From a virus, in the IMG/VR virus record IMGVR_UViG_3300009130_000005, positions 1-64,000 of that record: a stretch of DNA of 64,000 nt; one strand, given 5' to 3'. Below are positions 10,489-20,202 of the stretch, in pieces; position 1 is the first letter of the stretch, and the number at the start of each line of letters is the position of its first letter. The notes below the pieces were generated by a model. The model was not told the DNA's origin. It was given only the letters and a program-made list of their open reading frames with translations, and did not search any database. A program made the translations under genes and the position numbers.

Positions 10489-11757
10489 ATGAACGAGCTG
10501 AGCAGAAGAAATTTTATGGCAGGAGTCGCCAAGAGTTGCCTAGGGGTAACTGCAATTGTTCACGGTTCAGAGCTATTTGGAATCAGCCCGACCAAGAGGC
10601 CACCAACAGCGAAGAGCGTGATCTTTTTGTACATGAATGGAGGAATGACTCATCTAGATACCTTTGACCCTAAACCAGAAAACAAAGATGTTATGGGGGA
10701 AACTACGGCTATTAATACATCCGCAGATGGCATTCAGCTAGGTCACTGGCTACCAAAAACAGCCCAACAAATGCACAGCGCTTCATTAGTTCGCTCGCTT
10801 AATACCAACCAAGGGGCCCACGAACAGGCTAGATACCTTTTACACACAAGCTATCAAAAAAGAGGAACAATTATCCACCCAACGTTAGGAAGCTGGATCA
10901 CAAAATTAAGAGGCCCAATGAATAAAAGCCTCCCAGCTAACGTAAAAATTAACGGCGGTAGCGATGTACTAGGAGCAGGATATTTTGAAAGCAAGTATGG
11001 CCCGTTGCCACTCGGCAACCCCAATGCAGGAATTCAAAATGTCAAAAAGGCTGGCTATGTAGATCAAGACTTTTACAATGAAAGACTTTCAATTTCTCAA
11101 AAATTTAACTCAAGCTTCATGAATAGCTTTCCCCAAAAACAGGTTAGAGCATATACAGACCTGTATGATGACGCAGTTAAATTAATGAAGAGTAAAGACC
11201 TTGAGTCCTTCGATTTATCAAAAGAACCCCAAGATCTTAGAGATCAATATGGCGATAACAATTTCGGACAAGGCTGCCTATTAGCAAGAAGGCTTGTAGA
11301 AAATAACGTGAGATTCGTAGAAGTCGTTTACGGAGGCTGGGACATGCACAACGACGTGTTTGGCAACATGGAAGATAAAGGTGCTGTTTTAGATAGCGGC
11401 CTATCAACCTTACTTATAGACCTAAACAGAAGAGGCTTACTAAAAGAAACAATGGTTGTTGTAGCCAGTGAATTCGGCCGCACACCAGAAGTTAAAGCTG
11501 GCAGAGTTGGAAGAGATCACCATCCATCGTCCTTCAGTGCTCTTCTTGCTGGAGGAGGAATAAAGGAAGGTTATGTTCACGGAAAATCTGATAAGCGAGC
11601 CCATTATGTTGAAGAAAACGGGGTAGGCATGGACGACCTCAACGCAACAATAGCGTGGGCAATGGGTATAGATATTCATAAAATTACATACTCTCCCAGT
11701 GGACGACCTTTTAAGATCGCTCGAGACGGAGAACCAATTATAGATATATTATCATAA
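10489..11757 (+). CDS. DUF1501 family protein with Tat signal
   Basis: SRRNFM Tat motif, GGMTHLDTFDPKP, GQGCLLARRLVE, GGWDMH, SEFGRTP, GRDHH. Confidence 0.92.
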   Translation: MNELSRRNFMAGVAKSCLGVTAIVHGSELFGISPTKRPPTAKSVIFLYMNGGMTHLDTFDPKPENKDVMGETTAINTSADGIQLGHWLPKTAQQMHSASLVRSLNTNQGAHEQARYLLHTSYQKRGTIIHPTLGSWITKLRGPMNKSLPANVKINGGSDVLGAGYFESKYGPLPLGNPNAGIQNVKKAGYVDQDFYNERLSISQKFNSSFMNSFPQKQVRAYTDLYDDAVKLMKSKDLESFDLSKEPQDLRDQYGDNNFGQGCLLARRLVENNVRFVEVVYGGWDMHNDVFGNMEDKGAVLDSGLSTLLIDLNRRGLLKETMVVVASEFGRTPEVKAGRVGRDHHPSSFSALLAGGGIKEGYVHGKSDKRAHYVEENGVGMDDLNATIAWAMGIDIHKITYSPSGRPFKIARDGEPIIDILS

Positions 11758-11775
11758 AGTAAAGGGTGGCGAGTA

Positions 11776-13167
11776 ATGAAAATAGGATTCTGCTTCCTGC
11801 TTTATAAAGGAGTCACCCAACAAAAAGCTTGGCATAGGTTTTTTAAAAATGTAAAAGAAGAAGATTTTGGGATTTATTTCCACTCAAAGGAACCTAAAAA
11901 AGCCAATAGACAAAAACTACTTAAAGGTAAAGGCATACCATTTCAGATAAAAACTAACTGGGCAGACGTTAGCTTAGTAGAAGCTTCTATTGAATTATTT
12001 AGAGCGGCACTAAAAGACAATTGCGATTACGTGTTTTTACTTTCAGATAAGTGTGTGCCTATTCAGACCTTTAGTTTTATAAAATCTAACATATCAGATA
12101 ATTGTAGCATAATACATTATGGAATGAATGAGCCCCTATCAGGAACACAAAAAGGATACTTTGACAATAATGAAACCTCAAGAAGATACGAAGAATCAAA
12201 AAGCATAAAACATTATGTTAAAAAGAAAGACTTTATAAAGGCAGATCAATGGGTCGGATTAAACAGAGAACACGCAAGCTTACTAACAGAAAACGACCAC
12301 GCCCTCGAACACTTCAATGACGTTTTCGCCGCAGACGAACATTTTGTAGCGACAGTCCTTAATCAAAAAGGAAAATTAACAAACTGCAAAAACAAAAAAA
12401 TTACATTCACAGATTGGAGCTCAAAAAAAGAATGGAGGCACCCTAAAACATACTTCAAAGTAAGCTTTTCGGAATTTGGTTTAGCAAAAAGCTCTGGAGC
12501 ATTTTTCTTGAGGAAAATTCCTTGGATTTCAAATTTTAACATCATAAATAAATTTTATGGCAAATGTACTTTTCGCCTCCCAAGAGGCAAAAAGTATATA
12601 GCCTTTATTCATATACCAAAAAATGGTGGATGCAGTATAAAAAAATACCTTAAAAATGATGGAAGATTCCTAAAGCACCACCACCAAACAGCAAAAGAAA
12701 TAAAAAAACAATTAGGAGAAAACCTATGGAGGGAGACTTTTGTCTTTGCAACAGTAAGAAACCCTTGGTCAAGAGTAGTTTCTGCTTTTACATTCCTTCA
12801 GGCAGGAGGACTCCCTCAGTTTCAGGACAAAATAAAAGCAATTGAACTTGGGATAAAAAAAGACACAGACATTAACGAATGGATAAAAGAAAACAAAGAA
12901 AACTTTCTAAAAAGCGAACCCTTTGAGGGTACAGCAGGATGGATGCATTTCAAAAAACAAACTTCTTATATAAACGAAGACATAGATAAAATAATTAAAC
13001 TGGAAGACGAAGAACAAAAAAGAAAACTTTTTAAAAAAACAATTCCCGTCGAAAACAAATCAACAAAAAAAGATTCCAGACCCAAATTAAACAAAGAATC
13101 AAAAAAAATAATTAGCAAAGCCTACTCTCAAGACATAAAGGTTTTTGGCTACAGATTTCACGATTAA
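11776..13167 (+). CDS. GT14/core-2 branching-like glycosyltransferase fused to a sulfotransferase domain
   Basis: N-half TNWADVSLV, LLSDKCVPI, DQWVGL, DEHF, FLRK; C-half FIHIPKNGGCS and VRNPWSRVVS. Confidence 0.8.
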   Translation: MKIGFCFLLYKGVTQQKAWHRFFKNVKEEDFGIYFHSKEPKKANRQKLLKGKGIPFQIKTNWADVSLVEASIELFRAALKDNCDYVFLLSDKCVPIQTFSFIKSNISDNCSIIHYGMNEPLSGTQKGYFDNNETSRRYEESKSIKHYVKKKDFIKADQWVGLNREHASLLTENDHALEHFNDVFAADEHFVATVLNQKGKLTNCKNKKITFTDWSSKKEWRHPKTYFKVSFSEFGLAKSSGAFFLRKIPWISNFNIINKFYGKCTFRLPRGKKYIAFIHIPKNGGCSIKKYLKNDGRFLKHHHQTAKEIKKQLGENLWRETFVFATVRNPWSRVVSAFTFLQAGGLPQFQDKIKAIELGIKKDTDINEWIKENKENFLKSEPFEGTAGWMHFKKQTSYINEDIDKIIKLEDEEQKRKLFKKTIPVENKSTKKDSRPKLNKESKKIISKAYSQDIKVFGYRFHD

Positions 13168-13191
13168 GACAAAATAAGTGTACAATATATT

Positions 13192-13542
13192 ATGAGTTGC
13201 AATACCAAGAAAGTAAAAAATTTCCAGTTCTCAACTACATCCCCGCAGGACCTAGTAACCGTGCCTAGTTCTAAACAGGTAATTGTAAAACACATAAGCG
13301 TTACAGATACTAATACAAGCATGGCGACAGACAGAAATGGCAACTGTGTAGACATCATAATTAATGACTCAGACGGAATAGGCGACATCATATATCATCA
13401 AGCAGTGGAAGTTCCTTGGGGATCTTCCGTTACCCCACTAATGGGATATATTAATTTAGAAGAATCAGACAAACTCAAGATTCAACCGCATAAAAACACA
13501 AGAATAGACGTTTCAATACACTACATAGAAGAAGACGCCTAA
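13192..13542 (+). CDS. Hypothetical beta-rich protein (possibly structural)
   Basis: GTGTA 9 nt upstream; INLEESDKL-type C-terminus. Confidence 0.65.
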   Translation: MSCNTKKVKNFQFSTTSPQDLVTVPSSKQVIVKHISVTDTNTSMATDRNGNCVDIIINDSDGIGDIIYHQAVEVPWGSSVTPLMGYINLEESDKLKIQPHKNTRIDVSIHYIEEDA

Positions 13543-13547
13543 AAAAA

Positions 13548-13865
13548 ATGAACCTTATCATAGAAGCGCCGCTATGCGAGCCTCCAAGTGAAATTTCATG
13601 CTTCAGAGACATAACGCTTTATGGTAAAACATTTATTTTTGATGATGTTTTACTTGAATGCCCAAAGGGAACTCGATCTATATACTGGAACTGGCTGAAG
13701 CGACATGGAGCACACGATTTTATTTCTCAGTTAGTAAAAGAAACTGAAGGGGTTGGTGGATTTAAAATTGCAACAATACAAGGAAACTATATAATAGATA
13801 GAATTTGTTGTGAAAACTTACCAAAAATAATAACCACATTAACTAGGTTTCAGAAGTATTTATAG
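13548..13865 (+). CDS. Hypothetical protein
   Basis: ORF in operon context. Confidence 0.65.
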   Translation: MNLIIEAPLCEPPSEISCFRDITLYGKTFIFDDVLLECPKGTRSIYWNWLKRHGAHDFISQLVKETEGVGGFKIATIQGNYIIDRICCENLPKIITTLTRFQKYL

Positions 13866-13878
13866 TGTATAATATATT

Positions 13879-13965
13879 ATGTGTACCCCATGGTCATTAA
13901 AACAGATAGCGCTACTGTTGGCAATTGCCGCGCTACTACCAGTCTTAGATAAAATTATTTTTTAA
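13879..13965 (+). CDS. 28-aa membrane peptide MCTPWSLKQIALLLAIAALLPVLDKIIF
   Basis: Not in ORF track; GTGTA 9 nt upstream; one hydrophobic helix. Confidence 0.5.
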   Translation: MCTPWSLKQIALLLAIAALLPVLDKIIF

Positions 13966-13976
13966 CCAAATTCTGG

Positions 13977-15752
13977 GTGAAAAATAAGAGAAATCGCAAG
14001 ATATCTATCGCTAATCTTGTAGCGGGATATGTTTGCGCACTAATGTTTTTGTTTTTAGTTTTACTAAACATACAGGAAGCTAAAATCGAAGAACTTCAAG
14101 AAGTTGATGAAACTTTTGTGATTAAAGATGAAGAAAAAAACAAGGAAGATGGTGTCATTTTTGACGGAATATCTCCAAACAGTGTGTATATTAATGGCAA
14201 TCGCCCAGAAATCATTTCAACACATCCAAGAGTCATACGAGAGCCAAACGTAATTGTAGATCGCGACATTTCATTACCTAACAGGGATACAGTAATATAC
14301 GGACACAAACCAAACAGAGACTTGCTTATAGATGAAACGGTTATTAATAAAGAATACATTGGCGACGCTGTGGGACATAACGAAAGCCATATTGGCATTG
14401 GGGGCATACATAGGGGTAACCATTATGTTAATGAAGGCAGTAATATACATGGAAGACATAAAGTCAATCGCGACGAACCTGATAGAGATGTTGACATTGG
14501 CCTTCTAGACAGAAGACTTGCCGAGCTAGATAAAGAAACAGGCCTATTTGAGGAATTTGTCGAAAAAGACAGACTAAATCGACACGACAAGATTGGATTT
14601 CGCGAACATGACGATGATATCGACATGTCAAATATAACTTTAGCCAGAGACAATGAAGCAGAACTCGGGGAGATAGATTTAGATTTTGATAAAAACAACG
14701 GCAAAGATTATGGAGTAGGAAAAGGTGGAGAGCTCTATGCGTATAATTATCCTAGTAGGGGCGTTGGCGCAGGAATTGGTTCTTCTGCAATAGGTGCAGG
14801 GGCTGGAGGAGGAGCTGGGCTTGGAGCAGGCATAGGAGAAGGAATGCTTAATGGAGAAGCAGTGCCAACCCTAGGCGGCGTAGGAACGGGAACTGCACCT
14901 CTAGAAGGGCAGTCAGCAGATGCACCTCCTTCAGGAGGTGTTGGAGGCCTTGTAGGAGGCGCAGGAGCTGGAGGAGCAGCGGGCTTGACACAAGGCTACA
15001 TTACCGAAAAGCTAGGACTAGGATTGGGCGTAGGACAAGGAGCAGGATATGGAGGAAATGGAGGAAGAGAATACAACTATGACCACCTCCCTAAAAACGG
15101 CGCACTTCATATTATGATACATGTAGATGGCAGCGGTAGTATTTTAGCAACAAGAAAGCAGCTCGACATTATGAAAGACACTTTGCTAAAAGAAGCTTTA
15201 CTTCCCTATTATAACAACGACGAGAACCTATACAATAAAAGAGTTTCAATTATTGATGACTCAGGAGAAAGAAGCCTTCAGTTTTTTAAACAAGCAACAA
15301 AAAAAGATAATGTTTTAGCTATTGCATTTCAGGATGAAGCTGCCCCAGACTATCACCTTCCCAACTTTAATAAGAAGCCTCAAGATGCATACAGCTACGA
15401 CCTCTCTGGACTGAAAAACGGATTAAATGGCTATAACGGCTTATATAGAGGCATAATGTTTCAAGTTGATAGAGGGAGAGTCTTTTCTAAATCTTTCAAG
15501 GAGATGGTAGAGTGTGCATGGAACGGAGAAGGCTACCTATCAAAAGAAAATCTTAAAAAATATCATAGAGATAACAATTTATCCAATATTAAAAACAAAC
15601 AAGGTATAGTTTTTAGTGATGAATATCATGCTAGGTCAGAAGGTAACCCACAATACTATTTAGATTTAATCCTTAAAGCATCAAAAAGAGTTGGTTTAGA
15701 CCTAGATATTTACGGAGCAGGCCTAAAAGACGGCAAGCATACGAAGAATTGA
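13977..15752 (+). CDS. Membrane-anchored Gly-rich protein with C-terminal VWA-like domain
   Basis: N-terminal TM helix, GAGxG-rich linker, HVDGSGS MIDAS-like motif. Confidence 0.6.
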   Translation: MKNKRNRKISIANLVAGYVCALMFLFLVLLNIQEAKIEELQEVDETFVIKDEEKNKEDGVIFDGISPNSVYINGNRPEIISTHPRVIREPNVIVDRDISLPNRDTVIYGHKPNRDLLIDETVINKEYIGDAVGHNESHIGIGGIHRGNHYVNEGSNIHGRHKVNRDEPDRDVDIGLLDRRLAELDKETGLFEEFVEKDRLNRHDKIGFREHDDDIDMSNITLARDNEAELGEIDLDFDKNNGKDYGVGKGGELYAYNYPSRGVGAGIGSSAIGAGAGGGAGLGAGIGEGMLNGEAVPTLGGVGTGTAPLEGQSADAPPSGGVGGLVGGAGAGGAAGLTQGYITEKLGLGLGVGQGAGYGGNGGREYNYDHLPKNGALHIMIHVDGSGSILATRKQLDIMKDTLLKEALLPYYNNDENLYNKRVSIIDDSGERSLQFFKQATKKDNVLAIAFQDEAAPDYHLPNFNKKPQDAYSYDLSGLKNGLNGYNGLYRGIMFQVDRGRVFSKSFKEMVECAWNGEGYLSKENLKKYHRDNNLSNIKNKQGIVFSDEYHARSEGNPQYYLDLILKASKRVGLDLDIYGAGLKDGKHTKN

Positions 15753-15778
15753 AGGTAAAAAAGTGTATCCATATATAT

Positions 15779-16126
15779 ATGGATATACCCTTAATTAAAA
15801 CTGGACATTTCTTCGACACAACTGCCAATAACTACAAAGACTGGGTAGTAGGTCCGTTTGTAAAAGAAGAAGAATTTTGCACAAAAAATTTTGAACTTAA
15901 ATTTCAAAGAGGCGAACAGGGAACCATAAGAAAACCAAAAAAAGTCCTTAATCAAAACGTTCACACACTGGCAATAGCAGTGTATGGATGTATAAGGATG
16001 AATTTTGCTAAAGAAGATATATATTTAAAGGAAGAAGGGGACTATATATACTGGAGCCCAGACGCTCCACACGAATTTGAATTTCTAGAAGACTCGTTAG
16101 TAATAACATTGAGGTGGAAATCATGA
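15779..16126 (+). CDS. Cupin-like protein
   Basis: WVVGPF, LKEEGDYIYWSPDAPHEF; start moved to the ATG 11 nt after GTGTA. Confidence 0.7.
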   Translation: MDIPLIKTGHFFDTTANNYKDWVVGPFVKEEEFCTKNFELKFQRGEQGTIRKPKKVLNQNVHTLAIAVYGCIRMNFAKEDIYLKEEGDYIYWSPDAPHEFEFLEDSLVITLRWKS

Positions 16127-16746
16127 TAAGCCACAAACACAAATTTATATTCGTTCATATTCCAAAATGCGGAGGAACAACGATTGAAAAGTTTTTTCTA
16201 GATAAAGATGGCGTTGAGTGCGACTGGAGTCGTAACTCCCCATTAGGAAGTTTATCAGAAGAATCAAAAAAGAAATACAGACTTCAGCCTGGACAACACG
16301 CGCCATTTAATAGCTTCGAAAAAGAATTCAAGGAAAAATATTTTTCTTTTACATTTACCAGAAACCCTTGGTCAAAAATGGTAAGCGAATGGGCGTACTT
16401 CTATAAACAAAAAGACCCAATAACCTTTAAAGAGTTTATACAAAGAATGATAAGCCCAGAACACAACAACAAGCACCCTTATTCAGGGTGGCACTTCAAA
16501 AGCCAGCATATTTTTTCTGAAGGTTGCAAATTTATCGGAAGGTTTGAAAGCTTACAAAATGACTTTAATCACGTCTGTGATAATTTAAAAATACCTCGGC
16601 AAGAACTTCCTCACGAAAACAAAAGCAAACATAAGCATTACACCGAATACTATGATGACGAAACTCGTTCGATTGTTGCAGAAAAATGCGCAAAAGACAT
16701 TGAGTATTTTGGGTATGAATTTGGTGAACAACATAACCAGAAATGA
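16123..16746 (+). CDS. Sulfotransferase (Sulfotransfer_2-like)
   Basis: FVHIPKCGGTT (5'-PSB), RNPWSKMVS (3'-PB), IGRFE. Confidence 0.88.
   Translation: MISHKHKFIFVHIPKCGGTTIEKFFLDKDGVECDWSRNSPLGSLSEESKKKYRLQPGQHAPFNSFEKEFKEKYFSFTFTRNPWSKMVSEWAYFYKQKDPITFKEFIQRMISPEHNNKHPYSGWHFKSQHIFSEGCKFIGRFESLQNDFNHVCDNLKIPRQELPHENKSKHKHYTEYYDDETRSIVAEKCAKDIEYFGYEFGEQHNQK
16636..16728 (+). repeat. 93-nt sulfotransferase 3'-end repeat, copy 1 (others at 27974, 28553, 29181; diverged copy at 54163)
   Basis: Near-identical DNA encoding HYTEYYDDETRxIVAEKxAKDIEYFGYEFGE. Confidence 0.8.
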
Positions 16747-17411
16747 AAACAAAATGCGACGATATAGTTTGCGTGTACAGTTCCTGCGAGCACTTAAATT
16801 ACGCACTTAAATTATGTAAATCCTTTAAGTCCATAAACTATAAGACAATCATATTTCTAACAAAAGACTGTAAGAAAAAAAATCACAGTAAACAATTTGA
16901 AATAGTCTATTTAGACACTAAAGAAGGTTATACAAAACTTTCCTTAAAAACCTATGAAATGCTAAGGTATATCCATAAAAAATACGATTACAAAACGATA
17001 TACAAGATAGATGCAACAGTGGAATCTGGCGAAACATGTCAACAAAAAAAAGAGACCAAGAGCCAAATTTTCAAAAGGTTTTTCAATAGCATTTGGCGAA
17101 GAAAAAACGACTACGCAGGTGCGGGCAGAAGGCGCACAGATGAAGCAAGATTGCAAAGATGGGCAAACAAAAAACAAATTAAAATTAATTCTAAATTTTT
17201 TAAAGAAGTAGTTCCGAGTGATGAATTAACTTATTATAGCGGAAAATTTTATGTAATCGGATATGATTTCGCTAATTTTATAATTAAAAAATCAAACGCA
17301 AAACAATTAGCATTAAGGCTAGAAAAACATTTAGGAGGTACTGAAGATCTCATGATTGGGATTTTGTATCAAAATTATACTAACAATACACTAAAGAGCA
17401 AACAACAATGA
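16743..17411 (+). CDS. Galactosyltransferase (GT31)-like protein
   Basis: EGYTKLSLKT, YKIDA, GGTEDLMIG; paralog of 290..1006. Confidence 0.55.
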   Translation: MKTKCDDIVCVYSSCEHLNYALKLCKSFKSINYKTIIFLTKDCKKKNHSKQFEIVYLDTKEGYTKLSLKTYEMLRYIHKKYDYKTIYKIDATVESGETCQQKKETKSQIFKRFFNSIWRRKNDYAGAGRRRTDEARLQRWANKKQIKINSKFFKEVVPSDELTYYSGKFYVIGYDFANFIIKKSNAKQLALRLEKHLGGTEDLMIGILYQNYTNNTLKSKQQ

Positions 17412-18241
17412 ACCCACAAAAAATCCGCAAAAAAAATCCAGTAACTTTTTTTATTAATCAGCTAGCTGAAGAGCAATCAAACAATAACGCACCAATCATA
17501 GATGTAATTCCGCCTGACGGTAACAAAGGGGATGGCTTGATACACGAAGGATCATATCAACTTTTTAAAAAACATGAGTTAAAATACAACCGCATACCCT
17601 GGCGGAACGGAGAGCAGGCAGATAATAATTTTAAAAAAAGTTCTAACAACTTTAATACGCTTATAATTCTAGGAAGTGGCGCTTTTTCGAGAAACTATTA
17701 TAGAGGAGTCGAAATGCTTCAGACTGCGTCAGCAATCTATGATTTTGTATTTGTATTTCCTAGTACATATGACACAAGCTTTTTGCCCGTTCGATCCATG
17801 GTAACCAAAATTCCCAAGAACATGGTTTTATTTTGCCGCGAGCGCAAAAGCTATTACAATTTAAAAAAACTTTCTCCGCACCCAGGCAATATATACTTAG
17901 ATCATGATACTGCACTTTCACTAGATTATACGCCGTGGAAAAAAAAGGGTAAAGGAGTTTTATATGCATTTAGAAACGATGGAGAAAGCCCTAACTACAA
18001 ACTCCCCAAAGAAAATATAGACGTCTCGAAGGGTAAAGCTAAAGATTGGCGAATGCTGCTAGACGATATTAGTGGATATAGCGAGGTACATACCAATCGT
18101 GCCCACGGGATGATAGCATCAGCAATGCTCGGAAAAGAAACTCACGTATACAATTCAAACTACTTTAAACAACTCGCAATATACAAACACTCGTTACAGC
18201 ATCTACCTAATGTTCATTTTCACAAAAAGTATATTTGGTAA
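17408..18241 (+). CDS. Polysaccharide pyruvyltransferase-like protein
   Basis: GNKGDGLI, FCRERKSY, HDTAL, TNRAHG. Confidence 0.75.
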   Translation: MNPQKIRKKNPVTFFINQLAEEQSNNNAPIIDVIPPDGNKGDGLIHEGSYQLFKKHELKYNRIPWRNGEQADNNFKKSSNNFNTLIILGSGAFSRNYYRGVEMLQTASAIYDFVFVFPSTYDTSFLPVRSMVTKIPKNMVLFCRERKSYYNLKKLSPHPGNIYLDHDTALSLDYTPWKKKGKGVLYAFRNDGESPNYKLPKENIDVSKGKAKDWRMLLDDISGYSEVHTNRAHGMIASAMLGKETHVYNSNYFKQLAIYKHSLQHLPNVHFHKKYIW

Positions 18242-18247
18242 AAAAAT

Positions 18248-19093
18248 ATGAAAGCAAAAAACATGACAACACACGTACTTTGCGGAGGATTTAATAGAGA
18301 AGAATATCTTGAAGAGTTTTTCATTTACTATAAACATATACTTAAAGTAAATACCATAAAGTACTTCTTTAATAATAACGCTCTTGCTAAAAAATCAAGC
18401 AAACAAGCAACGGAAAAAATTTGCAAAAAACATGGTGTTATTTTTGAGTCTATAAGCGTAAGGCATACTCGAGGCGACTTCCAAACAAAGATATGCATGC
18501 AAAGAGTAAAAGAACTAAAAAGCTTAAAATCAAACGCCTGGCTCTTGTTTGTTGATGTAGACGAATTTTTAAACTGCAAAGGACTTACTCTTTCTAACGC
18601 CGTCAAGAAAACACTTTCACACAACCCTGATGCACAAGCAATAGGTTTTACCCAGAGAATATTTAAACCAATTAAAAGCGGCAATTTTAAAAAATTTTTA
18701 GTTACAGAATTATTAACCGATCACGTCGGTATGGGCTGGACGGCAGAACGCTTAAGTAGAGCCCTAAACTCCAACGGCTGGCCAGGCGGCCCGCGAAGAA
18801 CACAAAAATGCATATGCAATGTTCAGACGGCAACTCATTTTTTGCACCATACGGGTCCAGACATGGACAAAGCAGTACTCGAATTGGATTACTTCATACA
18901 TCATTATCAAATATACTCAATGAAACATATAGCCGAGCCTTGCTGGAAAACAAAAAGAAGCACAAAAGAAGATGAATTTAGAACGCTTCTTGCTCAAGAT
19001 TTACTAAGTTCAGAAGGAACAAATATCTTTGAAAACGATGAGCACTGGAGGAATGCTGTAGATTTAATCAAAAAAATTATTATAAAAAAATGA
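18248..19093 (+). CDS. Glycosyltransferase (GT92/GT2-like)
   Basis: YLEEFFIYY, WLLFVDVDEF, IHHY. Confidence 0.65.
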   Translation: MKAKNMTTHVLCGGFNREEYLEEFFIYYKHILKVNTIKYFFNNNALAKKSSKQATEKICKKHGVIFESISVRHTRGDFQTKICMQRVKELKSLKSNAWLLFVDVDEFLNCKGLTLSNAVKKTLSHNPDAQAIGFTQRIFKPIKSGNFKKFLVTELLTDHVGMGWTAERLSRALNSNGWPGGPRRTQKCICNVQTATHFLHHTGPDMDKAVLELDYFIHHYQIYSMKHIAEPCWKTKRSTKEDEFRTLLAQDLLSSEGTNIFENDEHWRNAVDLIKKIIIKK

Positions 19094-20202
19094 ACCAAGC
19101 AGAAAAAGAAGCAAAATACAGACTGGGAGATTTGTACAACAAAAAACTTAAAGCAAATAATAAATTATTATTTTGTAAAAAAAATGGGAAAACTTACTGG
19201 GTTAAAAATTCAAAATGCCCAATAAAGGGCAACCTTAAAGATGACCTATCCTACCTTGCTTCAATTAGCAACCAAGATATTGAAATCCCTATTGGAAGTG
19301 GGGACAGGGAGGAGTCTAGTAACGGTTACGTTTTTAGTTATGCGCGCTCGAACGGAGATAATTCCGTAGGACTGCTAAACGATCATTGGTCAAGCAATAC
19401 CAAATTTAACAACGAAGAACAGCATATATTGCGGCACTTGCACGATGTTCCAATTCCGTACCTAAAACATTCCTTAGGTTTCAAAAAAATGCCAAAACAT
19501 GCAAAGGAAGAATATATCAATTGGGCAAAAAAATACCCACTTCACCCAGAACTTCTCAACGTAGAAGGGCTAACCTTCAATACCTTAAAGTCGGCTTTTA
19601 TAAAAACAAAAAAATTTAAAGACAAAGCTCCCATATTACATTGGAGGGGGGCACCAACAGGAGGATTCAACAACTTTCAGCGCGAACAAGGCCATAATCA
19701 TAAAGCAGTAGAAAGAAAAGAAATAATAAAATATTTCAAAAACAACCCCTCTGGCTTTATTGATATCTCACTTAAGGGCGAACCAAAAGATGAAAGATTT
19801 AAACTTGAAAAAGGGAAGCCTTGGAACGGCGGTTTAAACATTTTTTACACAAAAGACTACGCAAGCAGGGGTCATAAATACCTCATAGAATTACAAGGTA
19901 ATGATTACGCAAGCAATACCTATTGGATATATAGCAAAGACTGTATAGTTTTTCGCCCAGATTTCCTTAAATCGTATACACCTTGGGATTGTCACCTGGA
20001 ACCATGGGTACACTATGTTCCATTTGATCACGCAAACTATGGAGACCTAGTAGACAAAATAAAATGGTGCGAAAAAAACACAGGCAAGTGCGAGATAATT
20101 ATTAAAAACGCAAACAACCTACATTCTTTAATGAATAACAATGAGCACAAAAAGAAAGTGTATACAATAATGCTAAACAAAATAACAAAAAATCTAAAAT
20201 GA
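19090..20202 (+). CDS. Glycosyltransferase family 90 (CAP10-like)
   Basis: WRGAPTG, KYLIELQGND, LEPWVHYVP, DLVDKIKW. Confidence 0.8.
   Translation: MNQAEKEAKYRLGDLYNKKLKANNKLLFCKKNGKTYWVKNSKCPIKGNLKDDLSYLASISNQDIEIPIGSGDREESSNGYVFSYARSNGDNSVGLLNDHWSSNTKFNNEEQHILRHLHDVPIPYLKHSLGFKKMPKHAKEEYINWAKKYPLHPELLNVEGLTFNTLKSAFIKTKKFKDKAPILHWRGAPTGGFNNFQREQGHNHKAVERKEIIKYFKNNPSGFIDISLKGEPKDERFKLEKGKPWNGGLNIFYTKDYASRGHKYLIELQGNDYASNTYWIYSKDCIVFRPDFLKSYTPWDCHLEPWVHYVPFDHANYGDLVDKIKWCEKNTGKCEIIIKNANNLHSLMNNNEHKKKVYTIMLNKITKNLK

Noticed and set aside
14760-15070. Gly-rich tract as collagen or a DNA tandem repeat
   Set aside because: No sustained Gly-X-Y register and codons are degenerate
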